Source: Naegleria gruberi
Lineage: Eukaryota
DNA: 64,000 bases
Direction: 5' to 3' (one strand)
NCBI GenBank assembly: GCA_000004985.1
Contig: GG738928.1
Shown here piece by piece: positions 23,492 through 35,065 of this stretch. A program made the position numbers and the translations under genes. Within the stretch, counting starts at the first letter, position 1, and every line of letters begins with the position of its first letter. Below the pieces are notes generated by a model, which ran no database searches, was not told the origin of the DNA, and worked only from the letters and a program-made list of their open reading frames with translations.

Positions 23492-24253
23492 ATGACTCGA
23501 GTAAAGATTGCAATTCTCGACGTTTCCGATCACGTCCAACTCTTTGAAGACGATCTATTCAAAAAGTACATGTTCACCGATGATATTTCCGAGTGCACTT
23601 CGTATCATGTTGCTAAAAATCAGTGGCCATCCGAAACTCTAAATTCTCATCAAATTGTTCAATTTATTGTACAAAATTATGATGCTGTATTAATTCCTGG
23701 TAGTGAGGATTGTTGTATGGATGATTCTCTGTGCTACATTGAAGTTCTATGTAATGTTATTAGAGAATTAATTGATCGGGATTTTCCAATATTTGCTGTT
23801 TGCTTTGGTGCACAAGCAGTTTCGAGAGCCTTGAATGGAAATGATGGAGTTTCCAAGTTGAAGAATTTGAATGAGAAACCAGAGTTTGGAATTGTTTTAA
23901 TTGATTTTGTGGATGAGGATGCAAGAGGGAATTTGCTGTTCAGAGGAATTGAGAAGGGTTTCTATTCATCCTCTTCACATTCAGATTGTTTCTTATTGAA
24001 TGAAAAGTGTGAGCATTTACTCAAATCAAGACATTGGAAGAATCAAGCTTATCAAGTTAAGGATAAATTAACATTTGGCTTACAATTTCATCCAGAGATG
24101 GATCTTGTCACATCAGAAGAAATATTCAAGACTCTTAAAGATATTCCAGTTCTTTATGATGACAATGAAAAACAGGTAGATATGACTGTTGGTAAAATTA
24201 TGGCTAAAAACTTTTGTGAAATGGTTATCAAGCACAAAGAAACAAAATTGTAG
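23492..24253 (+). CDS. Class I glutamine amidotransferase-like (GATase1) domain protein
   Basis: Nucleophile-elbow AVCFGAQ and a downstream FHPE His motif, typical of GATase1 / GMP-synthase-N-like folds. Diverges from the TyrRS gene by about 180 bp. Confidence 0.55.
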   Translation: MTRVKIAILDVSDHVQLFEDDLFKKYMFTDDISECTSYHVAKNQWPSETLNSHQIVQFIVQNYDAVLIPGSEDCCMDDSLCYIEVLCNVIRELIDRDFPIFAVCFGAQAVSRALNGNDGVSKLKNLNEKPEFGIVLIDFVDEDARGNLLFRGIEKGFYSSSSHSDCFLLNEKCEHLLKSRHWKNQAYQVKDKLTFGLQFHPEMDLVTSEEIFKTLKDIPVLYDDNEKQVDMTVGKIMAKNFCEMVIKHKETKL

Positions 24254-24333
24254 AGAAATCCAACTGGTCAATTGTAATATTTCATTAATTATTAAAAATA
24301 TCTTATAAAATTGAAGATTTTCTCTATTTAATA

Positions 24334-25761
24334 TTAATAGCCAACATAGGATGGAGTGTGAACGGTGAATTTGGCATTATGGAAATCTCTCTTCAATAAG
24401 CTATCGCTACTGATGGAGTAAATAAAGTGAGTAAGGAATTGAGTAGTGGGATAGATTGCATTGGTTGAGAAGAGAATAATATCATCCTTTTCAGATTTGA
24501 AATTATTGGTGTAGTTTCCATAATATTGTCCAAGGAAATGAGAGTCAAATGATGGAGAGAATGCTTCTAATTCATAGTAGGTGTAATCATCATACCTCTC
24601 CCTGCTGGAATTGATGAATATTCTAGTGTCTGCTGAGATACCTAATTTCAGTGAGTGGTTATGGAGTTTGACAACCTGAGATTCACTACCATCCAGTTGA
24701 GCAAGCGGAACAGTTGAGTTATCTTTGTAATCTTGATATACAACATATCCATCAATAGCATCAATTTTTGCTTCATTTAACTCAACTCGAATGTTTTCCA
24801 TTTTGACAAAAAAGTATAAAAACCCAGATTTTGGAATTTGATAATTAATCAATGAACCAAGTTCAGAGCAGTCAAGTTGACCAACAAATACATATCCTTT
24901 TCTCCAAATAGCTGATTTGTTTGTCGTATTTGGAGAACCTCCAATCTTTGTTTTAGAGCCATCATTTGGCTTATTGGAATCAAAATAATCTGGATACAAA
25001 TTGTAGGATAAGGAAACAGCATTATTTAAAATCTCCTCAGAACTATTATCTACAGATTCTGATTTCATAAAACTTGAAATAATTGATTTCTTTGAGTTTA
25101 AATGAGGAAATAAATCAGAAAAGAATTTAGTTTTCCATCCTTTTGATTCATCGTTTCTAATTTGTGAAAGTGTAGAACTGGTTGCATAGGTGAAGAATAA
25201 TGGATCTTCAATCATTGTTAAATGATAACAGTATTTCCAAATTTCATCATTTTCAACAATTAAACAATTCCAATATTTGCAGACAATTCTCATCCTCAAT
25301 AGTTCATTAAAATTTCCAATAAATTTCAAAATATTTGAGTGAACATCTGGTACCAGAGCTGATAGACTAGCTCCCTCTCTAATAGAGACTTGGGATGAGT
25401 CAGTATGTTGATTGAACCAATTGTTCACAAGTACCAATGTAATGTTCGAAAAATAACTCGAAACCCCTGGAAGTGAGTTGTTCAACTCTTGATCATTCTT
25501 AATTGCACACTCAATTGCATATTGTCCAATTGAGGAACAGTGAAAAGTAAGTGTGTAATTCAAAGAAAGCTCAAGAATTTCTCCCAACACAAACTTGATA
25601 ATTCTCTTCAAACAAACAGCAAGCACCTTCTCTTGGTTTTCAATTTGATGCTTTAAACTTCCAAAATTGAGTGTAAAATACTTTCCAATAAATCTTTCAA
25701 CACTCAAACTCTCTGCAGCATCATCCACCATCACATGTTCAATCTGAAGTAAATTCTTCAT
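24334..25761 (-). CDS. F-box domain protein (start placed at first ATG, MKNLL...). An upstream ORF (to 26114) overlaps in another frame.
   Basis: F-box-like motif SALVPDVHSNILKFIGNFNELLRMRIVCKYWNCLI. The track's start is TTG. The upstream 118-aa ORF is offset by one base and has no intron signal to join it. Confidence 0.45.
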   Translation of the reverse strand: MKNLLQIEHVMVDDAAESLSVERFIGKYFTLNFGSLKHQIENQEKVLAVCLKRIIKFVLGEILELSLNYTLTFHCSSIGQYAIECAIKNDQELNNSLPGVSSYFSNITLVLVNNWFNQHTDSSQVSIREGASLSALVPDVHSNILKFIGNFNELLRMRIVCKYWNCLIVENDEIWKYCYHLTMIEDPLFFTYATSSTLSQIRNDESKGWKTKFFSDLFPHLNSKKSIISSFMKSESVDNSSEEILNNAVSLSYNLYPDYFDSNKPNDGSKTKIGGSPNTTNKSAIWRKGYVFVGQLDCSELGSLINYQIPKSGFLYFFVKMENIRVELNEAKIDAIDGYVVYQDYKDNSTVPLAQLDGSESQVVKLHNHSLKLGISADTRIFINSSRERYDDYTYYELEAFSPSFDSHFLGQYYGNYTNNFKSEKDDIILFSTNAIYPTTQFLTHFIYSISSDSLLKRDFHNAKFTVHTPSYVGY

Positions 25762-26583
25762 TGGAAAGGCAGCCAATTGTCCTTCCAAATTCTTATACTG
25801 GTTTCCGAATGCTCTTTACTATCCATCGAATTTTCATCCACAAAACCTTTCAACAATTCCTTGATTGGACCATCAACAGCACTCTTATATTCTTCTTTCA
25901 TCAAGATATAGGGTTTCAAATCATCAATTAATTTCCAGAATAAAACCAAACCAATAGAAGCCAAACTTTTATAACCACAACTAGCAATAAAAATCTTCTT
26001 TTCCAATTTTGACGCCTTTTCCTCCAATTGGTCGGCATTGAAATCGATTGGAACAGTGAGAGGGAACCCATATCTATCTAGACGGTGGGCAGTACCCTGT
26101 ATTCGTTGTTCCAACCAAATTTTTTTAGAGTCGAGCCAATTTTATAAATATTTTAATATTATTTATTCTTCGGATGATATTTCGTCGCCACTTTATTCAT
26201 CACTTCCACTTTGTGGATTCTGATGCATCATCTTCCTCATATTCTGATCTGCTGGTAGTATCGTCTTGGTAAATTCTTGGAAAGCTTTTGGAGTTTATGG
26301 TTGATGGTTGGTATTTCATCATCAACAGGATTTCCTCTTTTTGTTGCCAATTTCTTGGTTTCTTTGTTGTTGGAGATTTAGATGTAAGAAGAAGATTCCA
26401 GTCAAAGAAACTTCCTGATGATGGGTTGTTGTATTAATTTTCTAGCCAACTGCCATGTTGTTCAGTTGCTTCCAAATACCAGCTTGTGATTGGACATTGT
26501 GGCCAGTAGACAAAATCTCTTAATTTTTTTAAATTTTAATTTAACGGTTTTTATCAACCAAATGTCAAAGCAACGGATCTTCT

Positions 26584-26756
26584 GTGGCTCGACTTTGAAA
26601 TTTTTTTGTCTGACCCGGCTCGACTTGTAAAAATTTTTGTCTGACCCGGCTTGACTTGTAAATTTTTTAGCCTGACCCGGCTCGACTTCGAAATTTCGCA
26701 AGTTCTGCATAAAATGCCTCTGGCTCGACTTTGAAATTTTTACTCCCTGACCCGGC
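26584..26756. repeat. Intergenic minisatellite: about 5 tandem units of 31-33 bp (ctgacccggctcgacttgtaaaaatttttgt-like)
   Basis: The GGCTCGACTT core recurs at 26586, 26618, 26648 (variant), 26679 and 26722. It lies between divergently oriented genes. The overlapping 98-aa minus ORF is an artifact. Confidence 0.7.
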
Positions 26757-26943
26757 ATTTTACATCACTGACCACCGTCTATATCAGAGCATTATTTCTT
26801 TCCATTTTTTTGTGATTTTGTTATTGAGCGATTACAAAAACAGTAAAGCCACATGAGAGTGTCATCTAAAGGGTGTAATACACATTAAGAAATATCTACG
26901 GTAGAATGTTGTTGAATTCTGAAACTGCATTCATTGAAAATCA

Positions 26944-28958
26944 ATGATGTTCTTTAGGAAAGAGTATTACAATATTTATTATTTTGTTTTTTGTAATCCA
27001 CTCTTCGGTATCTTCTTTCCATTTAACCATGAAGGAACTTTAAGTTCTTCAAAATTCCACAATTATTGGACGTCTTTATCCGCTCAACAATCACAAAAAA
27101 AAATGGCTCAATACTATTTACTTCGGGAGCTTGACGATTTGTCCCTAGAGGATTTGCACAAGTCTGTAAAGCCTACAAAAAAAGAGAAGACAAGCAAGGA
27201 TGATAAACCAAGAAACAAAGATCAGCCAAGTAATGATGTAATACCACAAAAACTGGTGGTGTTGAACAAGTCTCACCAAATAAAACAACGCAAAGTCTAT
27301 GAACGAACAAAGAAGGAGGAGACTCGTTTTATCAAACCTAAACGTAATATTGACCATTATAATGTTGCACCAACCTCACATTTTGAACAGTTGCCGACCG
27401 ATTGTTTTCTTCATATTTTTGAATTTATGGAATTGACAGAAATTAAAAGGCTAGCCTACAGAATGAGTCCTTGTATTACTTTACAATTACTAGAGACGGA
27501 ATCAAATCAGGGTTTTTATAGATTATTGTGCCAAGAACAGATGAGAATGGATTTGAATTGTGCTATTGATTCCATAAATGAAAGAGGGAAAGTGAGAGGA
27601 AACTCAAGGATACGAAGATACAATAGGCGTGTTGAAGATTCATCCAATCGAACAATATTGGGTCCGATTAAGGATTTGAGAGAGAATTTAAGAGTTTGTG
27701 TTCTGAAAGCAAAGAGTTTGTTTCCGTATTGGTTTAATGAGAATTCTGCATTGAATAAGTCAGTTTATGAAGCTGTTAAACATTCTTACTCAATTAATGA
27801 AACTCCTGTTTATCATAATTTATCAGAACATCATCAGTCCATTTCTGATCAATATAAAGAGAAGGAAGAGAAGGAAGCAGTAGAGAAAACAAATTCATTC
27901 CTGGAAAAACTTGAGAAACAAGTGGAAAAACAATCGAAAAGACCATCTAAATGGAAGCAAATATGGAATGGATGTTTTCTTCAAAATTTAGTGAACAGTA
28001 CTATAAATGCAACAGTAGAATTTGAGAAACGAGCTCAGAAAGATTCACCACTAATTAGTGAATTAGCCAGTTACCTTAAAACAATGAGTGGCTTATTAAC
28101 TTTGGAAAATACGCAACTAAGAAGAAAGATAATGTTTGAAACTTTAACTAGAAGACGAGTACTCACACGTACTGTATTTTTTGCTAAATTAGTTGGAATT
28201 TTATACTCGTTTAGAGATCAATATCTTCCTGAACAAATAGAACAACAATTTGAAAAATTATTAGATTTTTTCATAGAAGAATCGATTGCTCATGGTGTAG
28301 AAACTTGTCCTCTTGTTGATTGTAAGTTTGTTATTGACTTAATCTAACTTTTTCAGGTTTCATTGAAAATAATTCGCCAATTCACATGATATTAAGATCT
28401 GGACATACTCCTTTGAGTGTCAATATCATCACCAAGCATTGGAAAATTATTAAGCGCACTTCCAGAGATTTCAGATTCTATTTATTTGTAAAATGCATTT
28501 GGCAGCTGGTTGACTTTAAAGTTATACACGCCCTCTTTAAGTTTGGTATTGTTGATTCCTCTATTTTGACACATAACTTTACTAATAGAGGATCTAGATC
28601 AGTAGATATTTATTTCATGACAACCATCGATAAATGGAATATGAATGATAATCACATTACATACTTTGGAAACATCTTCAACTTGATGGTTACCACTTTG
28701 GATGAAAGAGGGACAGAACATTACAAAAAGCGTGAAATTAGAAGCCATAGTAGTTTATTTTCATCATCTAATCCAAGTGTTATGCTATTCTTACATAGGA
28801 TATCACAATACCGTCCAAGCACTAAAGGAAACGTTGCCGACTTTTTTGCAGAGGCAATTCAAAAGTTGAAGGACAAAGTGATAACCTCATCTTTGGCAGA
28901 TGATAGACCAACTTTTGAATATGTGAATTTTGGAAAAAACAAATTTGCCACGCTGTAA
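26944..28958 (+). CDS. Hypothetical protein with an F-box-like motif, two exons (26944..28321, 28357..28958), 35-nt intron. Alternative start at 27103 (MAQYY, A-rich leader).
   Basis: The donor GTAAGT and acceptor TTTTTCAG link the 467-aa and 190-aa ORFs in phase. The F-box-like motif is LPTDCFLHIFEFMELTEIKRLAYRMS. Confidence 0.45.
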
Positions 28959-29149
28959 AATAAATCAACTGTAGATGACAGCAAATCTCAACTGCGTGTA
29001 TTCAAGGCCTCGCTCATTTGTTAGTTCAAATGGTGCATTATCGTAGAATTTTAAAACTATATTAATACCATCGCATCTCCAAATATCTCAACACCTTTGT
29101 TTGGTCCCTTAATCATTGTGTCTGTTCCCCATTTGAAAAGAGATTAAAA

Positions 29150-31427
29150 ATGCCTTTAAATGCATCGAATGTATCCAACAGAAGTAAGGATGATGTGATC
29201 ATCGAGGATGGGTATACAGCATCTTCATCGTTATCGTCATCCTCATTATCGTTATTAAGGGCAGGTGATAGTAAAAGCTGCAGTAGCTGTTCAATAGAAG
29301 CAGCAACTCCATGGAAACAAGATACATCCTCATCATCAACATCAGATGACTTCATAATTCCTATTCGGAATGGTAGGAGCAACTCTCGCCAATTCATAAA
29401 AACACCATCCTTTTCATCCCTTTCAACAATAATAGATTCTTCACTTCCATCAACGCCTAAATCATTGCCTTCATCACCATCATCATTACAAAATCATCAA
29501 GAAGGAACAGAACCACCTCTTACTGATACTCTCCTAGTTAAATCGATGAGCGAATGTAAGAATGACATGGAGAGGGGCATGTTGAACATGTTGGCTGATA
29601 AGAAGAATCTTCAGAGATTGGTCGGAATTCTCTTCATCTTTGCCACTCTACAAAGTGTTCAACAAATGACACTCTATGAAAATTTATTGAATATTGCCTT
29701 TTTCCTTGTTCAGTGCCTTAATAATTATTTAAGACAAACTAATAATGATACAGCTCTCACCTATGAGGAATCATTCAAACATTTGGATAAAAGAGAAATT
29801 ATAAGAACTGTTTTTTCAATGGTCATGTACACTTTGAGAATGATGTATCTTCCCAAACACAAGATGATTTTCCTTCCAGTGCTTTTTATTTGGTTTGCAG
29901 GAGCTAACAAACTATATATCTACTCTACATTTTGGGGATTACTACCCACTTACTATGCTTCAGTGATGTATATATCGTTGGCTTGCTATTTTGGATTTTA
30001 TGAATTGTTAGAGAATGGGTACACTGAGACATTTCTAAATTTAATGATGGATTACTTTATTTTGGTGGCTGTGGTGTGGATGTGGACATATTATCTGGTT
30101 AATGTAACTGGATTCTTGAAACACAAAGTGGACAAACTGAAGGAAACAAGGAAACGTTTGGAAAGTGCTTTGGAAGCACGAAGTAGATTCATTGCACATG
30201 TGAGTCATGAATTCCGTTGTCCAATCATGTCCAGCATTGGGTGTTTAGAATTGTTGAAAGAAACTCCTCTGAATGAGAAACAAAATGATCTCGTAGATAC
30301 AATAGTTTCATCGAATAGTGTCATTCTTCTATTGATTGAAGACATTTTACAAATTGTTAAAATTGAACATGAAAGTAAGGGTGCAAAGAAGGAAGATACA
30401 AATATTCAACCTTTCAATATTTTCGAATCATTGAAATCGCTGAAAGGAATAATTTCTGGTTATGCTTCGAATTTTAAGGTTAAGCTTAATTTGGAAATTG
30501 ATGAAGGAATTAAGAACTTGACAGTTTTATCAAATCCTTCAAAGATCCATCAAATACTTTCTAATTTGCTGACGAATGCAGTGAAAGCATCAAAGAAAGA
30601 TGATGATGTTTGGCTTAAATGCAATATTTTGGAAAAGAAAGATGATGAAACTGTAAAGATTAGATTTACTTGTCAAGATTTTGGATGTGGAATTCCTCCT
30701 AATTTGTTGGAATCTATATTTGAACCCTTTGTACAATTGCAAAATAATTCACAATCAAAAGTACCTAGCTCTGGGCTAGGATTGACTACAGTATCTCATT
30801 TAATCAAGACATTGAATGGAACTATTAACGTTGAATCACAGGTTGGAATAGGAAGCTCATTTACAGTTGACTTGGCTTTTAAAATTGTTCCAAACGAGGT
30901 AAAATATAAAGTTCAAGAAAATGTTGTTGTAGAAGAAAAGAGATCGAAACTACACTTGAACGTTCACAAGAATTACTTGAACCTGATGTCACATTTAGAA
31001 GAAGGTGAAAAGGAAATGGAAGAAACTCCAAAATTCAATTCCAATGTTTTGATAGCTGAAGATAATCCAATCAATAGAAAAGTTATTGTAAAGATGATTA
31101 ATAGTATGGGAAGTGAAACTGATTTTGTTTGTGATGGAAAGGAATTGGTTGAAAAGTTTAATCCAAGCACTCACAAAGTTGTATTTACTGATATGGTAGG
31201 TAGCTCAAATTTCGTTTTTTAAGGTCTAATAACAATAATAGAATATGCCAAATATGAACGGATTAGAAGCAGCCAAGAAATTAAGAGAAAAATTTGGAAA
31301 TACTTTCAGGATTTATCTCTTGACAGGAAATGTCACAATTTCATTATCTGATGAAATTGGTGTGTTTGATGGAGTGTTAACTAAACCTTGTTCTAAACAG
31401 GATTTGAAAAAATGTTTGGAAAATTAG
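29150..31427 (+). CDS. Hybrid sensor histidine kinase. Domain order: Ser-rich N-terminus, polytopic membrane region, HisKA, HATPase_c, receiver. Two exons (29150..31195, 31242..31427); the 46-nt intron splits the receiver domain.
   Basis: H-box HVSHEFRCPIMSSIGCLELL. N/G boxes (LSNLLTNAVKAS; DFGCGIPP; GLGLTTVSHLIKTLNGT). Receiver motifs IAEDNPINRKV... and VVFTDM|NMPNMNGLEAAKKLRE span the GTAGGT...ATAG intron. Confidence 0.8.
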
Positions 31428-32147
31428 AAATTAGGATCCAACCTGTTGCTAAATAGTTTTAGATTTTCACAGTCTGTTTCATCCAATGCTGAACTGTACT
31501 ACGTAGTCACAATTCGACAGCCCTGATATTTCAAACTGATACTAAATGGATGTTTAACATCATGAGATAATTAATATAATAAATAATCCAAATAAAATTG
31601 AAATTGAAAAAGTGGAATATAATAATAATAATTTAATACTTTATATTAATATTTGTATTGAAGTACACAACTTGTGGACATTATCGAAATCATAAGTAAA
31701 TCTTCCACTTTCCAAATTAAAAGTTGTCTGCTAACTTCTTGAAACCAATCTATTGATGTTAATAGTGACTATAATCAATTACCACAGAACTTTCGTTTAC
31801 AATTTTCTATGGATTGTTGTTGATAACATGTTCTATTAATTGGTAAAAAGTTTTGTTGTATGTGATATTTGTAACATTTCAATTATTAATTTTGGACGGG
31901 AAGCCTGCCAGGAATATGGCGACTATCCCGCTACTTTGACTGTATGAACAGTGAAGGCAAGAGTTCTGGACGAATCTTGTTGTGTTCAAATAACAGGTTG
32001 TTGAAGAATTAAACAGGTTTGATCACCCCCTATTTATTGAACATTCGACATGTTGAATTACTTGATGCAAATTTTGGTTTGATAATTTTAGATCAAATCG
32101 AAATTGAAACTTCTGATTTTATTTACAATATTATATCGATTTGGTAT

Positions 32148-32381
32148 TTAACAACCTCCTCTCAGTCTCAACACTAAATGCACAGTTGAATCCTTTTGAA
32201 GATTGTAATCACTAACTGTTCTTCCATCTTCCAATTGTTTTCCTGCATAAATCAATCGTTGTTGATCTGATGGAATTCCCTCCTTATCAAATATCTTTTG
32301 TTTCAAATGTTCAACAGTATCATTCGATTCCATTTCAATTGTAATTGTCTTTCCAGTTAGGGTTTTTACAAAAAGTTGCAT
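32148..32381 (-). CDS. Divergent ubiquitin-like monomer (77 aa, ends RLRGGC)
   Basis: [76 protein letters not shown] has about 15 substitutions relative to canonical ubiquitin. ATG at 32381. Confidence 0.6.
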   Translation of the reverse strand: MQLFVKTLTGKTITIEMESNDTVEHLKQKIFDKEGIPSDQQRLIYAGKQLEDGRTVSDYNLQKDSTVHLVLRLRGGC

Positions 32382-32582
32382 TCCTCCTCTCAATCTCAAT
32401 ACCAAATGAAGTGTTGAATCTTTTTGAATGCTATAATCATTAATAGTTCTTCCATCTTCTAATTGTTTACCTGCAAAGATGAGTCTTTGTTGATCGGATG
32501 GAATTCCTTCCTTATCTTGAACTTTTCTCTTGACATTTTCAATTGAGTCATTATGGAATTTCCCTTGAAAATCTTCAACAAT
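32382..32582 (-). pseudogene. In-frame, 5'-truncated second ubiquitin-like repeat directly upstream (relic of a polyubiquitin unit; no start codon, preceded by a stop)
   Basis: It translates to ...[67 protein letters not shown], fused in frame to the downstream MQLFVKT... unit. The first ~10 residues of the ubiquitin fold (MQIFVKTLTG) are missing. Confidence 0.5.
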
Positions 32583-33518
32583 TTAACTGAAACAATTCGA
32601 AGTATTTTTAGAAAAGTGTTCAAGTGTTGCTAACTTTTTTTAAGGACATGTTGAACAACTTTGTTTCACGACGCAAATTGTTGACTTGCTGTTCATTCAT
32701 TGTAACTGCAACCAGCAAAAAGCATCAAGAATTATCCTCTATGAATTTTCTTGATAGAAAGTGTTGATTTTCCTTCAAGTTTACTCGAATTGTTCTTTTC
32801 AGCATGCATCGTGTGATAAACAAGCTAGCACTTTTCGCTTGTGAAATCTATTTCCTGTTGTTCTTGTTCGAAATTAGTGATATTTTAAACTATTACAAAC
32901 TAACCATACAACCTCATTCCCATTTCATCATCAAGTAGTAAAGCGAGTGAAGTTTTTCTTGAATTCCACCATTAAGAACAAGGTAGGAAGGTAATCAATT
33001 CGAAGTACATGTTGTTTCAAATATTGGGGATTGGTTTAATCTGCATGTAAACTCGTATTCAAATCATATATGATGATTGTCCATGTGTACATGTCCACAT
33101 GAAGTGGTAATTTTTTAGTCAGTTATCAATTTATTAATCACACAAGTTTCAATGAGTTCCCATTCAATGGATTGAAGCTGATGTGATCATGACGGTTAAA
33201 AGAGAATATTGTAAACTAAATATCCTCCCTATTACAATAATCCCACTTTTGCTGTATCCTATTCGATAGTAAGATGCATTGGAAGAAACTGAGGTGTTAC
33301 CATTCCTCTTACTGACTTCTCAATAAGGTTGTTCCACAAATGTTCAACCAATTCAATTCTCAGAAAACCATTGAACTCTATTAAACTCCATTGTAACTGT
33401 TGTAATCTTATTCTTTAAAAATTGCTATAAATTCATATTACCATTCATTCAATCATTAAACAAATCAAAAAACAAATTCAACAGCTGAATAACTCAAAAA
33501 CTATTAAAATCTTAAGAA

Positions 33519-34055
33519 ATGACTGAACAAACTCACGAAGAATTATTCAACCAAAACATGTGTGGAAGTGGTTTGGCATTCAAGAAGGTAGTTCGTGAAT
33601 TATTCAACAATCGAATTGTTCCTGCTACTAAGAATCTTCAACAAGTCAATCCAAAGATGATCATCTTGTTGGATTGGGCTTCTCTTGCTGCATTGCCAAC
33701 TGAAACCAAGTACAAGTATGGTGATAGATTTGCTGAAGATACCTTGTTGAATAATTGTATCAAATTCTTAACCGAATGTCCAAGATTGAGCAATATGGGT
33801 GAAATTGGAAAGGTTTTCATCAAGGATCCTGATTGTAAGGATGCTTTCATGGGATTGGAAAAGTTGATTTTCAGAGTTGTTCACAATGCTGATAGTAAGG
33901 ATTCTTCTGGTTTCCTTGGCTATTCTTACAAGGTTAATGGTTCTGATTTCGTTGTCACTTTGGAATGCAATTTGACTCTTGTTATGAAGGTTGCCAATGA
34001 AAGACAAAGTCCATCTGCTGATTCAGAAGCTAAAAAGTTGATTAATGCTTTCTAA
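33519..34055 (+). CDS. Hypothetical protein, 178 aa
   Basis: Clean ATG ORF in a gene-like context. No recognisable family. Confidence 0.35.
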   Translation: MTEQTHEELFNQNMCGSGLAFKKVVRELFNNRIVPATKNLQQVNPKMIILLDWASLAALPTETKYKYGDRFAEDTLLNNCIKFLTECPRLSNMGEIGKVFIKDPDCKDAFMGLEKLIFRVVHNADSKDSSGFLGYSYKVNGSDFVVTLECNLTLVMKVANERQSPSADSEAKKLINAF

Positions 34056-35065
34056 TGATTTTTTAAATGGCATTACTTAATGAATCAATATTGATATCAA
34101 TAAAAACAAGCTTCTTTGTTGAATTTGTATTAAAGTGTAAAATCTGCAACAAAAGACTACAGCACCACAGGTTCCCAAGTTGTCTCCAACCTCAGCACTG
34201 ATGTGGCTCGACGATGCTTAACTTCTCAAATCGGACGGGATGAGGTGCATTCATCGTGATATGGCCGTAGCCATTCACATCCTTAATATTAAAGTTTATT
34301 AATATTGTAAAACGTATAATTCTATAATTGGAAATTTCATTCATTTGACTATCAGAAATTATTAACTTCGACATATATTGAATTTGCAATATTATTATCC
34401 TAAAAAAGAAAAGAATGATAGAAAGTTGTGTAATCTATTTTTAAAACTAGAGTGTTGAAGTCTTAATTTCCATATTGAAACTGTTGGTTAATTTAGAAAC
34501 CAATAAAACCACAATAACAAATACAATTTCTCTTTTCTCCTTTCCAAAACTATATTTTAGAGCTAATTATATTGAGTATTACAAATAGTTACCATTTAAT
34601 GGAACAACAGACCACTAAGTCAGTGAATCTCCCTAAGTAACTGGAAGATCCACTTACTACTGGTAAAGTAGTTGGGAATCGAGAGAGAGGATTTCTTAAA
34701 AAAGAAGTCAGCTCTCAACATATCCCGATAAGATGAACTGTATGTAATTCTTTTGCATATTTTGATAAGGAAATTAAAATTGTCTGACGTAATTTGTACG
34801 AAACCTGCAATTTTGAAATTCTTCAATAAGATTCCAATTCAAGAGCTGCCACAAAATGAAAAACAACCTGTTGAAAATAAATTTCTCTTTTAAAATCAAA
34901 TAAAAATTAAGAACTATCATATTTTATTAACACAGCTTCTTATGATAAAGGTTGTGTTAATAAAATTAGCTTAAACTGCAATAGCTCATAATAAATTAGT
35001 AAAAGATTTAATTTGAATTATCTTTATGAACTTTAGAGTATAAATTATAGTTTAATAAATTAATC

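Noticed and set aside
26584-26756. CRISPR-like array
   Set aside because: There are no unique spacers between the repeats, the units are imperfect minisatellite copies, and the context is eukaryotic.
26462-26758. 98-aa minus-strand ORF
   Set aside because: It lies entirely on the 31-33-bp minisatellite, and its sequence is a translation of the repeat (KISKSSQRHF...). It is not a gene.
31905-31925. U1 snRNA-like 5' end (CCTGGCAGG) on the minus strand of the GC island
   Set aside because: The 5'-splice-site-pairing sequence is not intact (ATATTCCTGGCAGG versus ATACTTACCTGGCAGG) and no Sm site was seen.
32060-32120. Possible box C/D snoRNA (TGATGC ... CTGA)
   Set aside because: The C box is non-canonical, there is no terminal stem, and there is no obvious rRNA guide. 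Such motif pairs occur by chance in AT-rich DNA.
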